Shown one piece after another: positions 38,195 to 47,913 of a stretch of 64,000 nucleotides of DNA. The notes beneath the pieces were generated by a model. It made no database searches. It saw only the letters and a list, made by a program, of their open reading frames with translations, and had not been told where the DNA came from. Where the stretch lies: contig JAHYIS010000003.1 of NCBI GenBank assembly GCA_019429385.1, positions 34,825 through 98,824 on the forward strand, given 5' to 3'. Position numbers and translations under genes: made by a program. Every line of letters starts with the position of its first letter. Position 1 is the first letter of the stretch. Source of the stretch: ANME-2 cluster archaeon (GTDB lineage Archaea; Halobacteriota; Methanosarcinia; Methanosarcinales; Methanocomedenaceae).

Positions 38195-39304
38195 ATGAAA
38201 ATCACTAAGACCATGGAAGCTGCCTGGTTCGGATTGCTAATACTGGCTATACTGGCCGGTCTCTATACTGTTCTTAAAGCGTTCCAGGAAGGGCAGGTGA
38301 TATATGGAGGTACTGATACACTGTTCTGGACCATTCCCCTGGCGGCTTACACATATTTTGCTTTGATAAGTACCGGTCTGGCATTCGTGGCATCTGCTTC
38401 AATAATATTCGGTGTGGAACGATATAAGCCATTAGTAAATCGTGCATTATTCGTGGCTATTGCCGCTTTTGGAGCAGGGATAATTGCGATCATTATGGAG
38501 CTCGGTTACCCGGGGAATATCATGAACTATATCACATCTCCTAATTTGACTTCTTCCATATGGTGGGAGACGGTTATGTTGAGTGTTTTCTTCATATTCC
38601 TGCTTGTGAATTTCTGGATGGTGCAAAAAGGTAAAAAAGCCATGGTTCCAGCTGTGGTTCTGTTCATATTTGCCATAGGTTCGTCATCTACCTTAGGTGG
38701 TTCATTCGGGCTTGTGGAGTCCAGACCTGCCTTCTTCGGTGAGTTCATGCCTGTATACTTCCTGTTTACCGCATTATTGGGTGGTATAGCAGGAATAGTA
38801 TTTGTGACCCTTATCTACCACAATGTCACAAGTAAAACAATACCAGAAGAACAAAAGACACAAATGAATAAAGTAGGAAGGGATATGGCCATTGTTACCG
38901 GGTTCGTCCTGATCATTTTCATATCCAGGACCATCATTAAGATGTATTCCAATTCGACCGGGTTTGCAGGATTCGAGCATATTTTTACCCACTGGCCCTA
39001 TTACTTTGAACTGGGACTGGGATTGCTCCTGCCAATATTGTTGATGGCAATTCCATCAGTCCGTGCTTCTGTTAAAGGTAAGGTTATAGCATCATTCCTT
39101 GTCCTTATTGGTATATTAGCAGGCAGGATATCCCTCCTGATGTCCGGACAGGTTAACCTGACCGGTTCTGTTCCGGTTGGGCTATCTGAAATACAGACAT
39201 ATTCACCAACCATTTGGGAATGGCTGGTTCTGATATTCGCTATGTCTACAATGCTTCTGATTTATACTCTGGGGGAGAAGTATTTAAATTTAGAGACAAC
39301 GTAA
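38195..39304 (+). CDS. NrfD/PsrC-like integral membrane anchor subunit
   Basis: 369 aa, about 9-10 predicted TM helices. The start abuts the PsrB-like stop (TAAATG). Confidence 0.8.
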   Translation: MKITKTMEAAWFGLLILAILAGLYTVLKAFQEGQVIYGGTDTLFWTIPLAAYTYFALISTGLAFVASASIIFGVERYKPLVNRALFVAIAAFGAGIIAIIMELGYPGNIMNYITSPNLTSSIWWETVMLSVFFIFLLVNFWMVQKGKKAMVPAVVLFIFAIGSSSTLGGSFGLVESRPAFFGEFMPVYFLFTALLGGIAGIVFVTLIYHNVTSKTIPEEQKTQMNKVGRDMAIVTGFVLIIFISRTIIKMYSNSTGFAGFEHIFTHWPYYFELGLGLLLPILLMAIPSVRASVKGKVIASFLVLIGILAGRISLLMSGQVNLTGSVPVGLSEIQTYSPTIWEWLVLIFAMSTMLLIYTLGEKYLNLETT

Positions 39305-39319
39305 TAGGCGATAGCTCTT

Positions 39320-39355
39320 GGTAAGTATGGGGCCCGATACGGGTCCATACCTACC
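39320..39355 (+). other. long imperfect hairpin between the membrane-subunit and chaperone genes
   Basis: GGTAAGTATGGGGCCCG-ATA-CGGGTCCATACCTACC gives ~15 pairs with one bulge, one mismatch and one G-U. Confidence 0.5.
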
Positions 39356-39382
39356 ATTGATTGAGATTATGAGGAGTGAAAA

Positions 39383-40015
39383 ATGAACGAAAACGATTTT
39401 TTAATTCATGAAAAGGCCAGAGGTGATGTGTATAGATTTCTTTCACAGTGCTACCGTGGGCCTGACCATGACCTTATTGAAAAAGTGAACGACCTGCAAA
39501 AAGCTGCAGATATCATTGACCCTGGCACGGGAAGTATCTTCCCAAGTATTGAAAAACTCAACGAATTACTGATAGACCACTCACAGCTGTTTGTCGGGCC
39601 TTTCAAATTGCAGGCCCCCCCCTATGGCTCCGTATACCTGGAAGGGGAGAGGAAGGTCATGGGCAACTCAACCCTGGATGCGATCAGAAGATACAAAGCA
39701 GCCGGACTGGATATCTCAGACGACCACAAAGAATCACCGGACCATATTACTGTTGAACTGGAATTTATGTATTACCTCATCCATAAAGAGTTGCAGGTAA
39801 TCAAACAGGCCGATATAGAAGGTACCCTGGATAACCTGAATGTGCAGGTCCGGTTCCTTCAGGACCATCTTGGCGCATGGGTGCCTGGATTTTCAGATAA
39901 TATCGAACAAAATACCGGCACCGGATTTTATAAGAACCTGGCCGGGTTCACAAGAGCTTTTATTGAAAAAGACATGGCCGACCTGAGAGAAACAATAGAT
40001 GGACTTTCATCGTGA
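39383..40015 (+). CDS. TorD/DmsD-like molybdoenzyme maturation chaperone
   Basis: HSQLFVGPFKLQAPPYGSVYLEG and ELEFMYYL are TorD-family-like. Confidence 0.7.
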   Translation: MNENDFLIHEKARGDVYRFLSQCYRGPDHDLIEKVNDLQKAADIIDPGTGSIFPSIEKLNELLIDHSQLFVGPFKLQAPPYGSVYLEGERKVMGNSTLDAIRRYKAAGLDISDDHKESPDHITVELEFMYYLIHKELQVIKQADIEGTLDNLNVQVRFLQDHLGAWVPGFSDNIEQNTGTGFYKNLAGFTRAFIEKDMADLRETIDGLSS

Positions 40016-40128
40016 TGTCTATTGAAAGATCACATTGCATAGGTACAGTGATGTATTGAACTTCCCCTGAAAAGGCTGTATGTCGGACAACTAACTATAT
40101 ATTGGTAATTTAATATATATCTGTCATG

Positions 40129-40159
40129 GAAATCCCGTGACCTTTTCAACCGGGATTTC
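40129..40159 (+). promoter_or_regulatory. 9-bp-stem hairpin immediately upstream of the ferredoxin-gene start
   Basis: GAAATCCCG (40129-40137) and CGGGATTTC (40151-40159) with a 13-nt loop, ending 3 nt before ATG 40163. An AT-rich TATA-like tract lies at 40095-40120. Confidence 0.5.
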
Positions 40160-40162
40160 TTA

Positions 40163-41242
40163 ATGACCAGGCAGGTTTTATACACAATGGGAACCGGTAT
40201 ATTTGGATTTCTTAAAGTACTTGATGGGATATCTGATAAGGATCTGGTGAATATCGATATCAAAAAATGTATACGATATCTCAATAAGCATTCATCCTGT
40301 TCAAGATGTCAGGAAAATTGTCCTACCGGTGCGATAAGACTTGATGGGCAGGATATCAGGATCGATGGCTTCTTATGTACCGGCTGTGGAATTTGTTTGA
40401 ATGTTTGCCCGAACCCGGTATTTTCACTTAAGGATATTGAACCGGGAACAGTAGTTAAAGCGGCAAAAGACAGTGAATTGATAACCATATGCTGCTCTGG
40501 AAAGGGCACATCCCTTCAGGTCCCTTGCCTTGGGTTCTTGAATGAGGCTGTCCTTCTTCAGATGGCTTCAATAAATAAGGAGGTGGTGCTGAACATGTCT
40601 GCATGCCAGATGTGTGATTATTCAACAGCACGTGAAATAATCCTCGGTCACATTGATGCGGCAAATTCAGTGCTCCAGTGTTTCCTGGTGAAACGTCAGA
40701 TCAAAGTAAAGGATGACGACACTGCTATTAAACCTGAACATGAATCCTTTACACGGAAATTCATCACCCATTTCTCTGATCGAAAACCCTGTTACGGATA
40801 CTCCAGGCAGTCAATGTTCATTGATGCATTGAAGACATTGGGCCCTGCCAGTCTGAAGGTCATGGACGCAGGGAATCTGCCATTTGGTACTATCGAGGTC
40901 AGGTCATCCTGTAATGGATGTGGGATATGTGTTGCCGTATGCCCCATGGATGCCATAACCATTGAAAAGAATGATGATTTCCTCTTGATGTTCAAACCTT
41001 TCCTGTGTACCGGTTGCGGTCTGTGCAGCCAGCTGTGCCCGGAAGGTTCCCTATGTCCCGGAACAGATATCGACCTTGATGTTCTGTTCAGGGAAAAAAC
41101 GACCAAAGTCATACAGATAAAAAGAGTGAAATGTAAAGAGTGTGCAACGTTGTTTGTTCCGTCTTACGAACAGCTGCTATGTGCTTCCTGTAAAAAGAAC
41201 AAAGATATTGAAGATTCTTTTTTTTCACACAAACAGCAATGA
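40163..41242 (+). CDS. 4Fe-4S dicluster domain protein (two ferredoxin-like modules plus a C-terminal zinc ribbon)
   Basis: CSRCQENCP, CTGCGICLNVCP, CNGCGICVAVCP, CTGCGLCSQLCP. C-terminal CKEC...CASC. Confidence 0.7.
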   Translation: MTRQVLYTMGTGIFGFLKVLDGISDKDLVNIDIKKCIRYLNKHSSCSRCQENCPTGAIRLDGQDIRIDGFLCTGCGICLNVCPNPVFSLKDIEPGTVVKAAKDSELITICCSGKGTSLQVPCLGFLNEAVLLQMASINKEVVLNMSACQMCDYSTAREIILGHIDAANSVLQCFLVKRQIKVKDDDTAIKPEHESFTRKFITHFSDRKPCYGYSRQSMFIDALKTLGPASLKVMDAGNLPFGTIEVRSSCNGCGICVAVCPMDAITIEKNDDFLLMFKPFLCTGCGLCSQLCPEGSLCPGTDIDLDVLFREKTTKVIQIKRVKCKECATLFVPSYEQLLCASCKKNKDIEDSFFSHKQQ

Positions 41243-41288
41243 TGAATACTTGATTTTGATACACTTCGATATTGGGTGGCTATCATAG

Positions 41289-41414
41289 CTATCATTTGGA
41301 TTTATTGCGGTGCTTGATAAAAAAACCGTTGTTTATTTCAGGTTGAGAGAAGAGGAAGGAACAGAGCCAAAGGTATTTTACATCCGGAGCTTCAGCCATT
41401 CCGGACATGTGTGA
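41289..41414 (+). pseudogene. relic 3' end of a second PsrB-like 4Fe-4S subunit gene
   Basis: The frame reads ...FRLREEEGTEPKVFYIRSFSHSGHV*. Compare the intact subunit C-terminus, TRLRENIGTEPKVFYIRDFNPAAY (38100-38170). There is no upstream coding continuation. Confidence 0.55.
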
Positions 41415-41530
41415 AATGCCACAAGAGCAATCCTGATGGCGGGCCGGACCTGTGTCCAAGGATAAAGGTCACCCAAAAATATTCAAGGTATGGTCCGCTA
41501 TCAGGAACGGTTGGCATAACATATGAATGA

Positions 41531-41559
41531 GGACCTGCAAAAGGGTCCATCTTTTTTTT
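41531..41559 (+). terminator. hairpin plus T8 run
   Basis: GGACC (41531-35) / GGTCC (41544-48) stem, followed by TTTTTTTT at 41552-41559. Confidence 0.6.
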
Positions 41560-41649
41560 ATATTCCAGAATTCACATTGCAATTATCCAGGAATCTTTCA
41601 TTGAACACTATATTTAAATCATTCTCGCCCTTAGTTGAATGTAACATAT

Positions 41650-42192
41650 ATGATCCGCACATTCATAGCCGTAGAACTCCCGCACGACATGACAGAGGCC
41701 ATCCGAACGATCCAGCAGGAGATGGATTTCAAAGGTTTGAAACTGGTAGAGCCCGACCTGGTGCACCTGACTATGAAATTCCTGGGTGACATACCGGAAT
41801 CACAGGTGGAACCCATTTCCCAGGCCCTTGCCGGTATTGACTGCCCCCCGTTCCCTGCCATGATCGCAGGGGTTGGCGTGTTCCCCAAGCCTGCATACAT
41901 GAAAGTGATATGGCTGGGTGCACGGGGTGAGTTCGAACATTTGCATGGGGAAGTGGAGCGTACCCTCAAAGAGTTCAGGTTCAAGAAGGACCGCGGGAAA
42001 TTCACGGCTCATGCCACCCTGGCCCGGGTCAGGCATCTGGATGAGCCAACTAAGGAACATCTGGCACAGGTACTGACCGGGTTGCAGGATGTGGACCTGG
42101 GCGAGTTCACGGTCGAACACATCACAGTTAAAAAGAGCACACTAACGCCCAGGGGACCCATATACGAAACCCTGAAGAAAATCCCACTATAA
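41650..42192 (+). CDS. thpR: RNA 2',3'-cyclic phosphodiesterase (2'-5' RNA ligase family)
   Basis: MIRTFIAVELP start. Two HxT motifs (HLTMKF, HATLAR). TATA-like TATATTTAAA at 41609-41618. Confidence 0.85.
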   Translation: MIRTFIAVELPHDMTEAIRTIQQEMDFKGLKLVEPDLVHLTMKFLGDIPESQVEPISQALAGIDCPPFPAMIAGVGVFPKPAYMKVIWLGARGEFEHLHGEVERTLKEFRFKKDRGKFTAHATLARVRHLDEPTKEHLAQVLTGLQDVDLGEFTVEHITVKKSTLTPRGPIYETLKKIPL

Positions 42193-42202
42193 CAATACAA
42201 AC

Positions 42203-43603
42203 ATGACTAAAAACAACATATTGACAGAGATCCTGGGCAGAATAAAACCCACTGCGCATGAACAGCAAAGGATGCACAAAGTTGCAGACCAGATCATATC
42301 ACTGGTTGACCAGGCGGCCGCTGGTTCGGGCTTACCTGATGTTTCAGGTGCGCTTGTAGGTTCTGCTGCAAGGGGAACCTGGATATCGGGTGAACATGAC
42401 CTGGATATTTTCATCATGTTCCCTGAGGAAACATCCAGAGAAGAACTGAAAACCATGGGACTGAGAATTGCCAGGCAGGTGGCGTCCAATGCTGTTCGGT
42501 TTGAAGAACGTTATGCAGAGCATCCATACATTCATGCATATTTTGGCGATTTTGAGGTGGACCTTGTACCCTGCTTCAGGGTCGGGAGTGCAGCGCACAT
42601 AAAATCCGCAGTTGACAGGACACCTTTCCATAATCTGTTCATTCTTGAAAGGATAAAGGGACTGGAAGATGAGGTGCTGTTGCTCAAACAGTTCATGAAA
42701 GGCGCAGGTGTGTACGGTTCAGACCTCAGGACCGGCGGGTTCTCGGGATACCTCGCAGAATTACTCATCATCCATTACGGTACGTTCGCCGGTGTACTTG
42801 AAGCTGCAGATAGCTGGAAACCCGGCATTACCATAGACATTATGGAACATGGGGACAGGAAGCATACTGACCCGCTGGTTATGGTGGACCCCACCGATCC
42901 GGGCAGGAATGTCGCAGCGGCACTGACACTGGACAGGTTTGCAGGGTTCATTGACAGGGCACGGCAATACCTGGTTCCTTCTGTAATTGAACCGCTGGAA
43001 CAGTTCCTTCCTGGAATGTTGGAACAATTCTTTCCCTCTCAGGAAACACCCATGAGTGATGTGGAATTCGACTTCATTACCGGTACACGCGGGACATCCC
43101 TGGTGGCCGTGGTCTTTGACAGGCCAGATGTGGTTGAGGACGTGCTCTATCCCCAGCTGTTCATGCTGCACGGCAGTATTACAGAACTGCTGTCACGGTA
43201 TGGATTCCAGGTCCTGAACAGTGATGTATGGGCTGGTGACGGGGAAGCGGCTGTAGTGCTGGAAATGGAAGTGCAGCAACTACCACCCGTAAAAAAACAC
43301 CTGGGACCACCTGTCTGGGAAAAGTCCCATGCCGGAAGCTTCAAACTGAAGTACCTGCAAAATAAGGGTTTATCAGAGGTATATATCGAGAAAGGCAGGT
43401 ATGTTGTGGATGTGCATCGAAAATACACGGATGTAGCCGAACTTTTACGCAATGAGCTCCATACATGCCGGTTGGGTAAACACGTGGGCAAGAATATACA
43501 AACGGGCTTCAAAGTGTTGCAGGGCAGGGAGTTACTGGAAATCGATTCTCAAAGGTTCAGGGAATTCCTTACAGGGTTTTTCCACCTGAATGCAGGTCAA
43601 TAA
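42203..43603 (+). CDS. cca: archaeal class-I CCA-adding enzyme
   Basis: [33 protein letters not shown], ~466 aa. Confidence 0.9.
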   Translation: MTKNNILTEILGRIKPTAHEQQRMHKVADQIISLVDQAAAGSGLPDVSGALVGSAARGTWISGEHDLDIFIMFPEETSREELKTMGLRIARQVASNAVRFEERYAEHPYIHAYFGDFEVDLVPCFRVGSAAHIKSAVDRTPFHNLFILERIKGLEDEVLLLKQFMKGAGVYGSDLRTGGFSGYLAELLIIHYGTFAGVLEAADSWKPGITIDIMEHGDRKHTDPLVMVDPTDPGRNVAAALTLDRFAGFIDRARQYLVPSVIEPLEQFLPGMLEQFFPSQETPMSDVEFDFITGTRGTSLVAVVFDRPDVVEDVLYPQLFMLHGSITELLSRYGFQVLNSDVWAGDGEAAVVLEMEVQQLPPVKKHLGPPVWEKSHAGSFKLKYLQNKGLSEVYIEKGRYVVDVHRKYTDVAELLRNELHTCRLGKHVGKNIQTGFKVLQGRELLEIDSQRFREFLTGFFHLNAGQ

Positions 43604-44606
43604 CTTTCTCTACGAGATGGCGTGTAGAGGCTGATACGTCTCTCATTTCAGTGACTTCTCCCATCTCCGGAACATCACCCATTTCACCAAGAAGGGCCCT
43701 GAATATCATGACCACCGAATCTGACAGTGCACCATAATCATACCCCCCTTCCAGTGCAAGTACCAGTTTCCCGCTACAAAGTTCTTCTGCAAGCAAACGA
43801 ACCACCCCGGTCATCTGTCCAAAACCTGCAGAGGTCAGGTTCATGCCTGCCAGGGGGTCGTTCCTGTGCCCGTCCTGCCCTGCACTCACCAGAATGATGT
43901 CTGGCCTGAATTTACGGGCGGCAGGTGCCAGAATCTCATTGAACACATACAGATAATCAGCATCGTTGGCACCCCCGGGCAACGGTACATTGATAGTATA
44001 TCCTCTGCCCTCCCCCACTCCAATCTCATCCACCCTTCCCGTACCCGGATAATGGGGGTACTGGTGAATGGAAAAATAGAGCACCGAACTGTCCTTGTAG
44101 AATGCCCGCTGGGTGCCGTTGCCGTGATGCACGTCCCAGTCAACGATTAGTACCTTTCCCAACCCTTTTTGTTGCGCATACCTGGCCGCTATTGCCACAT
44201 TGTTGAACAGGCAAAAACCCATACTCCTGTCCGGCTCGGCGTGATGGCCAGGAGGGCGCACCAGGGCAAATACACTGTCCATCCCATCCAGGACCGCATC
44301 CACTCCCACTATAACACCGCCGGCAGCCAGCAAAGCAACCTCATACGAGCGAATACTGGTCGGTGTATCCCTGTCCAGGGCCATTTTCTTCGATGAAAAG
44401 TCCCTCACGATACGAATATGGTCAGAAGTATGTACCAGTTGTAATTGTTCAATGGAAGCATGAACCGGTTTTACAGGACTTAGCAGGTCAATAAGATGAG
44501 AATCGCCCAGGCGATTCATAATGGCCTTCAAACGCCCGGCATTTTCCGGATGCATGCCTGTATCATGCTCCAGGTAATCCTTAGAATATACAATTCCCAC
44601 CTGCAT
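43569..44606 (-). CDS. histone deacetylase-family protein (AcuC/HDAC-like)
   Basis: [22 protein letters not shown]. Confidence 0.85.
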   Translation of the reverse strand: MQVGIVYSKDYLEHDTGMHPENAGRLKAIMNRLGDSHLIDLLSPVKPVHASIEQLQLVHTSDHIRIVRDFSSKKMALDRDTPTSIRSYEVALLAAGGVIVGVDAVLDGMDSVFALVRPPGHHAEPDRSMGFCLFNNVAIAARYAQQKGLGKVLIVDWDVHHGNGTQRAFYKDSSVLYFSIHQYPHYPGTGRVDEIGVGEGRGYTINVPLPGGANDADYLYVFNEILAPAARKFRPDIILVSAGQDGHRNDPLAGMNLTSAGFGQMTGVVRLLAEELCSGKLVLALEGGYDYGALSDSVVMIFRALLGEMGDVPEMGEVTEMRDVSASTRHLVEKVIDLHSGGKTL

Positions 44607-44645
44607 GCAAGTACAAACAGCAGGATACGTAATAAATGTTACAAA

Positions 44646-44981
44646 TCAGAGTCGGGTCAGGTCAATAAAACCTGCAAGGTTAACGACACCTATTGCGCCG
44701 ACGACCTCTCCATTGCTGTCCTTGATCGGAGAAACGACGACAGGAACATCCTTATACGGACCTTTGTCTGCAAATCCGTGTATGGTCTTGCCTTCCTCCA
44801 TTGCTCTCTCAAGGTAAGCCCCAGTGTAATTATAATCAAGAACCTTATTATTCTCTATCCTGATGCCTTTTTTATTCTTGCTTCTCATGGTAATAGGCAG
44901 TCCGACAGCAGAAAATATGGCCATAGCTATCGGTTCTAACTCCTGCGCCGTAGAATCCCTGGTAATTGCTATTCCGACCAT
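44646..44981 (-). CDS. hypothetical protein
   Basis: 111-aa ORF with no confidently recognised domain. Confidence 0.45.
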   Translation of the reverse strand: MVGIAITRDSTAQELEPIAMAIFSAVGLPITMRSKNKKGIRIENNKVLDYNYTGAYLERAMEEGKTIHGFADKGPYKDVPVVVSPIKDSNGEVVGAIGVVNLAGFIDLTRL

Positions 44982-45031
44982 TTTTTTACACCACGTTCCA
45001 GATGAAATAAACTATACTTAAAGGCTCCGAA

Positions 45032-45568
45032 TCATCCGCGCATTTTTTCAAGGTCCATAGTACACCCGGCACCCTGTCCGATTCCCTCATCCACCCTGAC
45101 ATGCAGGCCGGTAATATTACCCGTAGACCCATTCTCCATAATTCCCACTGATAGTTCATGTAAGAAATACTTACAGAGGTCTTCAGCGCTGACTGAATGT
45201 ATTGGCAGCAGCAATACATCATCCTGAGGCAGGACATAGTGTTTACAGCTTTTTACGATCTCCACGGTATAATGTCCGTTCTCTTCAGTTATCTTCAACC
45301 GCGGGTCATCTTTTGCAACCAGTACCCTGTGGTCAAGCCGGTCACAGATATCCTTGACAATATCTTTGAGTACCATGAAATCAATTATGAACTCCCCTGC
45401 CTGGGTTCCTTCAACACGCACGCTAACCGCATATGTATGACCGTGCAACCGCCCGCATTTCGGATGGTCAGGTATCAGATGACTGGCAGAAAATCTGAGC
45501 TTTGCCATCCAGCCATCAAGTTCAATAAACAATTTCGTATCACCAGGGAGAGGTTTAAGGGTTTCCAT
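45032..45568 (-). CDS. 6-pyruvoyl-tetrahydropterin synthase / QueD-family protein
   Basis: ORF 45032..45625. Likely start METLKPL at 45568. FSASHLIP...CGRLHGHTY is the PTPS zinc-site signature. Confidence 0.8.
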   Translation of the reverse strand: METLKPLPGDTKLFIELDGWMAKLRFSASHLIPDHPKCGRLHGHTYAVSVRVEGTQAGEFIIDFMVLKDIVKDICDRLDHRVLVAKDDPRLKITEENGHYTVEIVKSCKHYVLPQDDVLLLPIHSVSAEDLCKYFLHELSVGIMENGSTGNITGLHVRVDEGIGQGAGCTMDLEKMRG

Positions 45569-45585
45569 ACCAATAAACTCTTTGT

Positions 45586-46356
45586 ATGGCCCGAAACCAG
45601 AAAGACTATTTCTACCACAAAGCAAAGAACGAGGGGTATCGTTCCAGAGCTTCTTATAAACTGGACCAGATCAATAAAAAGCACAACGTCATCAAAGCCG
45701 GAGATTCGGTAGTGGACCTGGGCGCTGCTCCGGGGGGCTGGCTGCAAATGGCAAAAGAACTGTCTGGCGGAAGGGTTGTTGGTGTGGATCTGCAAAAGAT
45801 AAAGCCCATTGATGGTGTGGAGACCATTAAAGGTGACATCACTCGAGACACTACACTTAATAAGATCGAGGAGATCATTGGCGAGCACGGGGCCGATGTG
45901 GTGATATGCGATGCGGCACCTAACCTGACCGGCAGCTGGGACCTTGACCATGGCCGCTCCATTGCCCTAAGTGAATCTGCATTAGCAATTGCAAAAAAGC
46001 TATTAAGACCGGGAGGCAACTTTGTGGTCAAGGTGTTCCAGGGAGATATGTTCAAAGATTTCCTGGATGAAGCGAAGGAGAATTTCGTGTATTTACGCTC
46101 ATTTACGCCCCGAGCCTCACGCAAAGAAAGCGCTGAGATATATGTGATAGGAAAGAAGTTCCTGTCAACTTTGATCAAGAAGGGCCAGGAATATGATGTG
46201 GATATCCTGGAAATCGGTGACCAGGGGGATGGCATTACCAGGGTCGGAGATTTTGTGGTATTTGTACCGGATACGAAGCTGGGACAGCACATCAGGGTAC
46301 GGATCACTGATGTGAAACCGAATTTTGCTTTTGCAGACATTATAGAAATAGGGTGA
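45586..46356 (+). CDS. rlmE: 23S rRNA 2'-O-ribose methyltransferase RlmE (FtsJ) with a C-terminal TRAM domain
   Basis: YRSRASYKL, VVDLGAAPGGW, VICDAAPN, KVFQG. C-terminal GDQGDGITRVGDFVVFVPDTKLGQHIRVRITDVK (TRAM-like). Confidence 0.9.
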   Translation: MARNQKDYFYHKAKNEGYRSRASYKLDQINKKHNVIKAGDSVVDLGAAPGGWLQMAKELSGGRVVGVDLQKIKPIDGVETIKGDITRDTTLNKIEEIIGEHGADVVICDAAPNLTGSWDLDHGRSIALSESALAIAKKLLRPGGNFVVKVFQGDMFKDFLDEAKENFVYLRSFTPRASRKESAEIYVIGKKFLSTLIKKGQEYDVDILEIGDQGDGITRVGDFVVFVPDTKLGQHIRVRITDVKPNFAFADIIEIG

Positions 46357-46424
46357 CCAAAAAATCTCACAATTATTATTATCATGACAAAAGTTTAATT
46401 TCTATCAGGTACATTTAATACTAT

Positions 46425-46802
46425 ATGTCACTTCCTACATTCTGCCCAAAAACAGGTTCTGGTTCGTGTATCGGTGATAGATGCCCTGTGTATGTCACGG
46501 ACTGGCGGTCCAAAGATGAATACTGCAATGTGGGTTATTATCCGGACCACGAACGCTCTTCCCAGGGCGAACCAGTAGTAGATAATTATGCATCTGCCTT
46601 TAAAGTAAATATGAAGCACAAAAGTGATGTTCATACCCGGTTGGACCTGAATTCGATGTTGCACGGATTGCAGGAATGTGAGGAAAATGCAGCCAATCCA
46701 GAGGTTGAAGTCGCAAAACCAAAAAATAAAGTACACAGAACAATGAACCTTATGAACCTGGGTGATTTGTCAGATGACTATGAAGCTCAATTTTGGGCGT
46801 AA
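46425..46802 (+). CDS. hypothetical Cys-rich small protein
   Basis: 125-aa ORF with N-terminal CPKTGSGSCIGDRCP...C and no recognised domain. Confidence 0.4.
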   Translation: MSLPTFCPKTGSGSCIGDRCPVYVTDWRSKDEYCNVGYYPDHERSSQGEPVVDNYASAFKVNMKHKSDVHTRLDLNSMLHGLQECEENAANPEVEVAKPKNKVHRTMNLMNLGDLSDDYEAQFWA

Positions 46803-46863
46803 AAGTATTGGTAGAGCGCTATAATGTGATTACTTATTATTATCGATACCAGTCCTAACAGGT

Positions 46864-47913
46864 CTACCCTTCCTTTTTCATTGCCATGGATATCAGTTCT
46901 GCCAGGTCCATCACAGTAATCCCGGCATCGGATAGGTTCCTGAAACATAAAGGGCATGACGTAACCACATAGTCAACACCGCCGGGAATATTATTCGTCA
47001 GTTCTTCTGTAATAAAGCCAGAGAGTTCCGGATATCCCAATCTGACACCACCCCCGCCACCGCAGCAACTGGCATTCTCCTTTGAAGCTTTCATCTCAAC
47101 AAGGGTGCAGACCTTTTCAATAACGTTTCTTGGAGCATCATATATCCCGTATGTCCTGCCCAGGTGACACGGGTCATGATAGGTTACCGAGATGTCACAT
47201 TGACCCAGAGATAGCTCATCAAGCCTGTCATCCAAAAACTCTGAAAAGTGCAGAACATCAAAGGCCTGGTATTGTTCCCTGAACATCGAATAACAGCCGG
47301 CACAACCAACAATTATCGTATGTGCACCTGCTTCCCTGAACAACCGGGAATTATGTTCGATCACACCTGACGCGTCCAGTCCCATCCTGAACAGTGGTGA
47401 ACCACAGCACTGCTCATTCTCCAGGAATCCAACCCCGAACGTTTCCAGGATCCTGTATGTCGCCGTTGCCGTAGATGGATACCTGTATGAAGCCAGGCAG
47501 CCTGCAAAATATACATACCCGGAATCGCCGGGAACCCGGGGTGCGGTCATCCATGCGGTCCTTGCTGATTCATCGCCCAGCGAGTTTCCCGTGTTCCTGA
47601 TACGCTCCTGCATTTCCAGCTGGTGAGGTGTTGCATGGCCCAAACCTACCAGTTTACGCCGTGCTGCCCTGGTCACCTGCTGCGGATTTGCCCCAGAGGG
47701 ACATACAGTCACACATTGCTGGCAGGTAGTGCATGTCAATATACTCGTTACCATTCCCGCTGATGGTTCAAGCCCTGAAGCCATTCCCATTGCCATGTGC
47801 ATCCTCCCCCTGGCTCCGGAAGATTCCCAACCTTGCACCTGCTGCGTAGGACATACCGTACGGCAGCGGCCGCATCGCACACATTTGACAATTTCTCCCA
47901 GGTATTCCCTCAT
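46864..47913 (-). CDS. (Fe-S)-binding oxidoreductase subunit with CCG domains (GlcF/HdrD-like)
   Basis: CVRCGRCRTVCP and CTTCQQCVTVCP ferredoxin motifs. Two CCG-type Cys clusters (CCGSPL..., CCGGGGG). Confidence 0.8.
   Translation of the reverse strand: MREYLGEIVKCVRCGRCRTVCPTQQVQGWESSGARGRMHMAMGMASGLEPSAGMVTSILTCTTCQQCVTVCPSGANPQQVTRAARRKLVGLGHATPHQLEMQERIRNTGNSLGDESARTAWMTAPRVPGDSGYVYFAGCLASYRYPSTATATYRILETFGVGFLENEQCCGSPLFRMGLDASGVIEHNSRLFREAGAHTIIVGCAGCYSMFREQYQAFDVLHFSEFLDDRLDELSLGQCDISVTYHDPCHLGRTYGIYDAPRNVIEKVCTLVEMKASKENASCCGGGGGVRLGYPELSGFITEELTNNIPGGVDYVVTSCPLCFRNLSDAGITVMDLAELISMAMKKEG

Noticed and set aside
41523-41789. 88-aa ORF overlapping the thpR start
   Set aside because: It is out of frame with the clearly supported 2H-phosphoesterase gene, runs through a terminator hairpin and T-run, and has a low-complexity Arg/Pro/Gly tail.
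45654-46385. 243-aa minus-strand ORF
   Set aside because: It is antisense to rlmE, whose motifs are unambiguous. It is a serine- and proline-rich shadow ORF.
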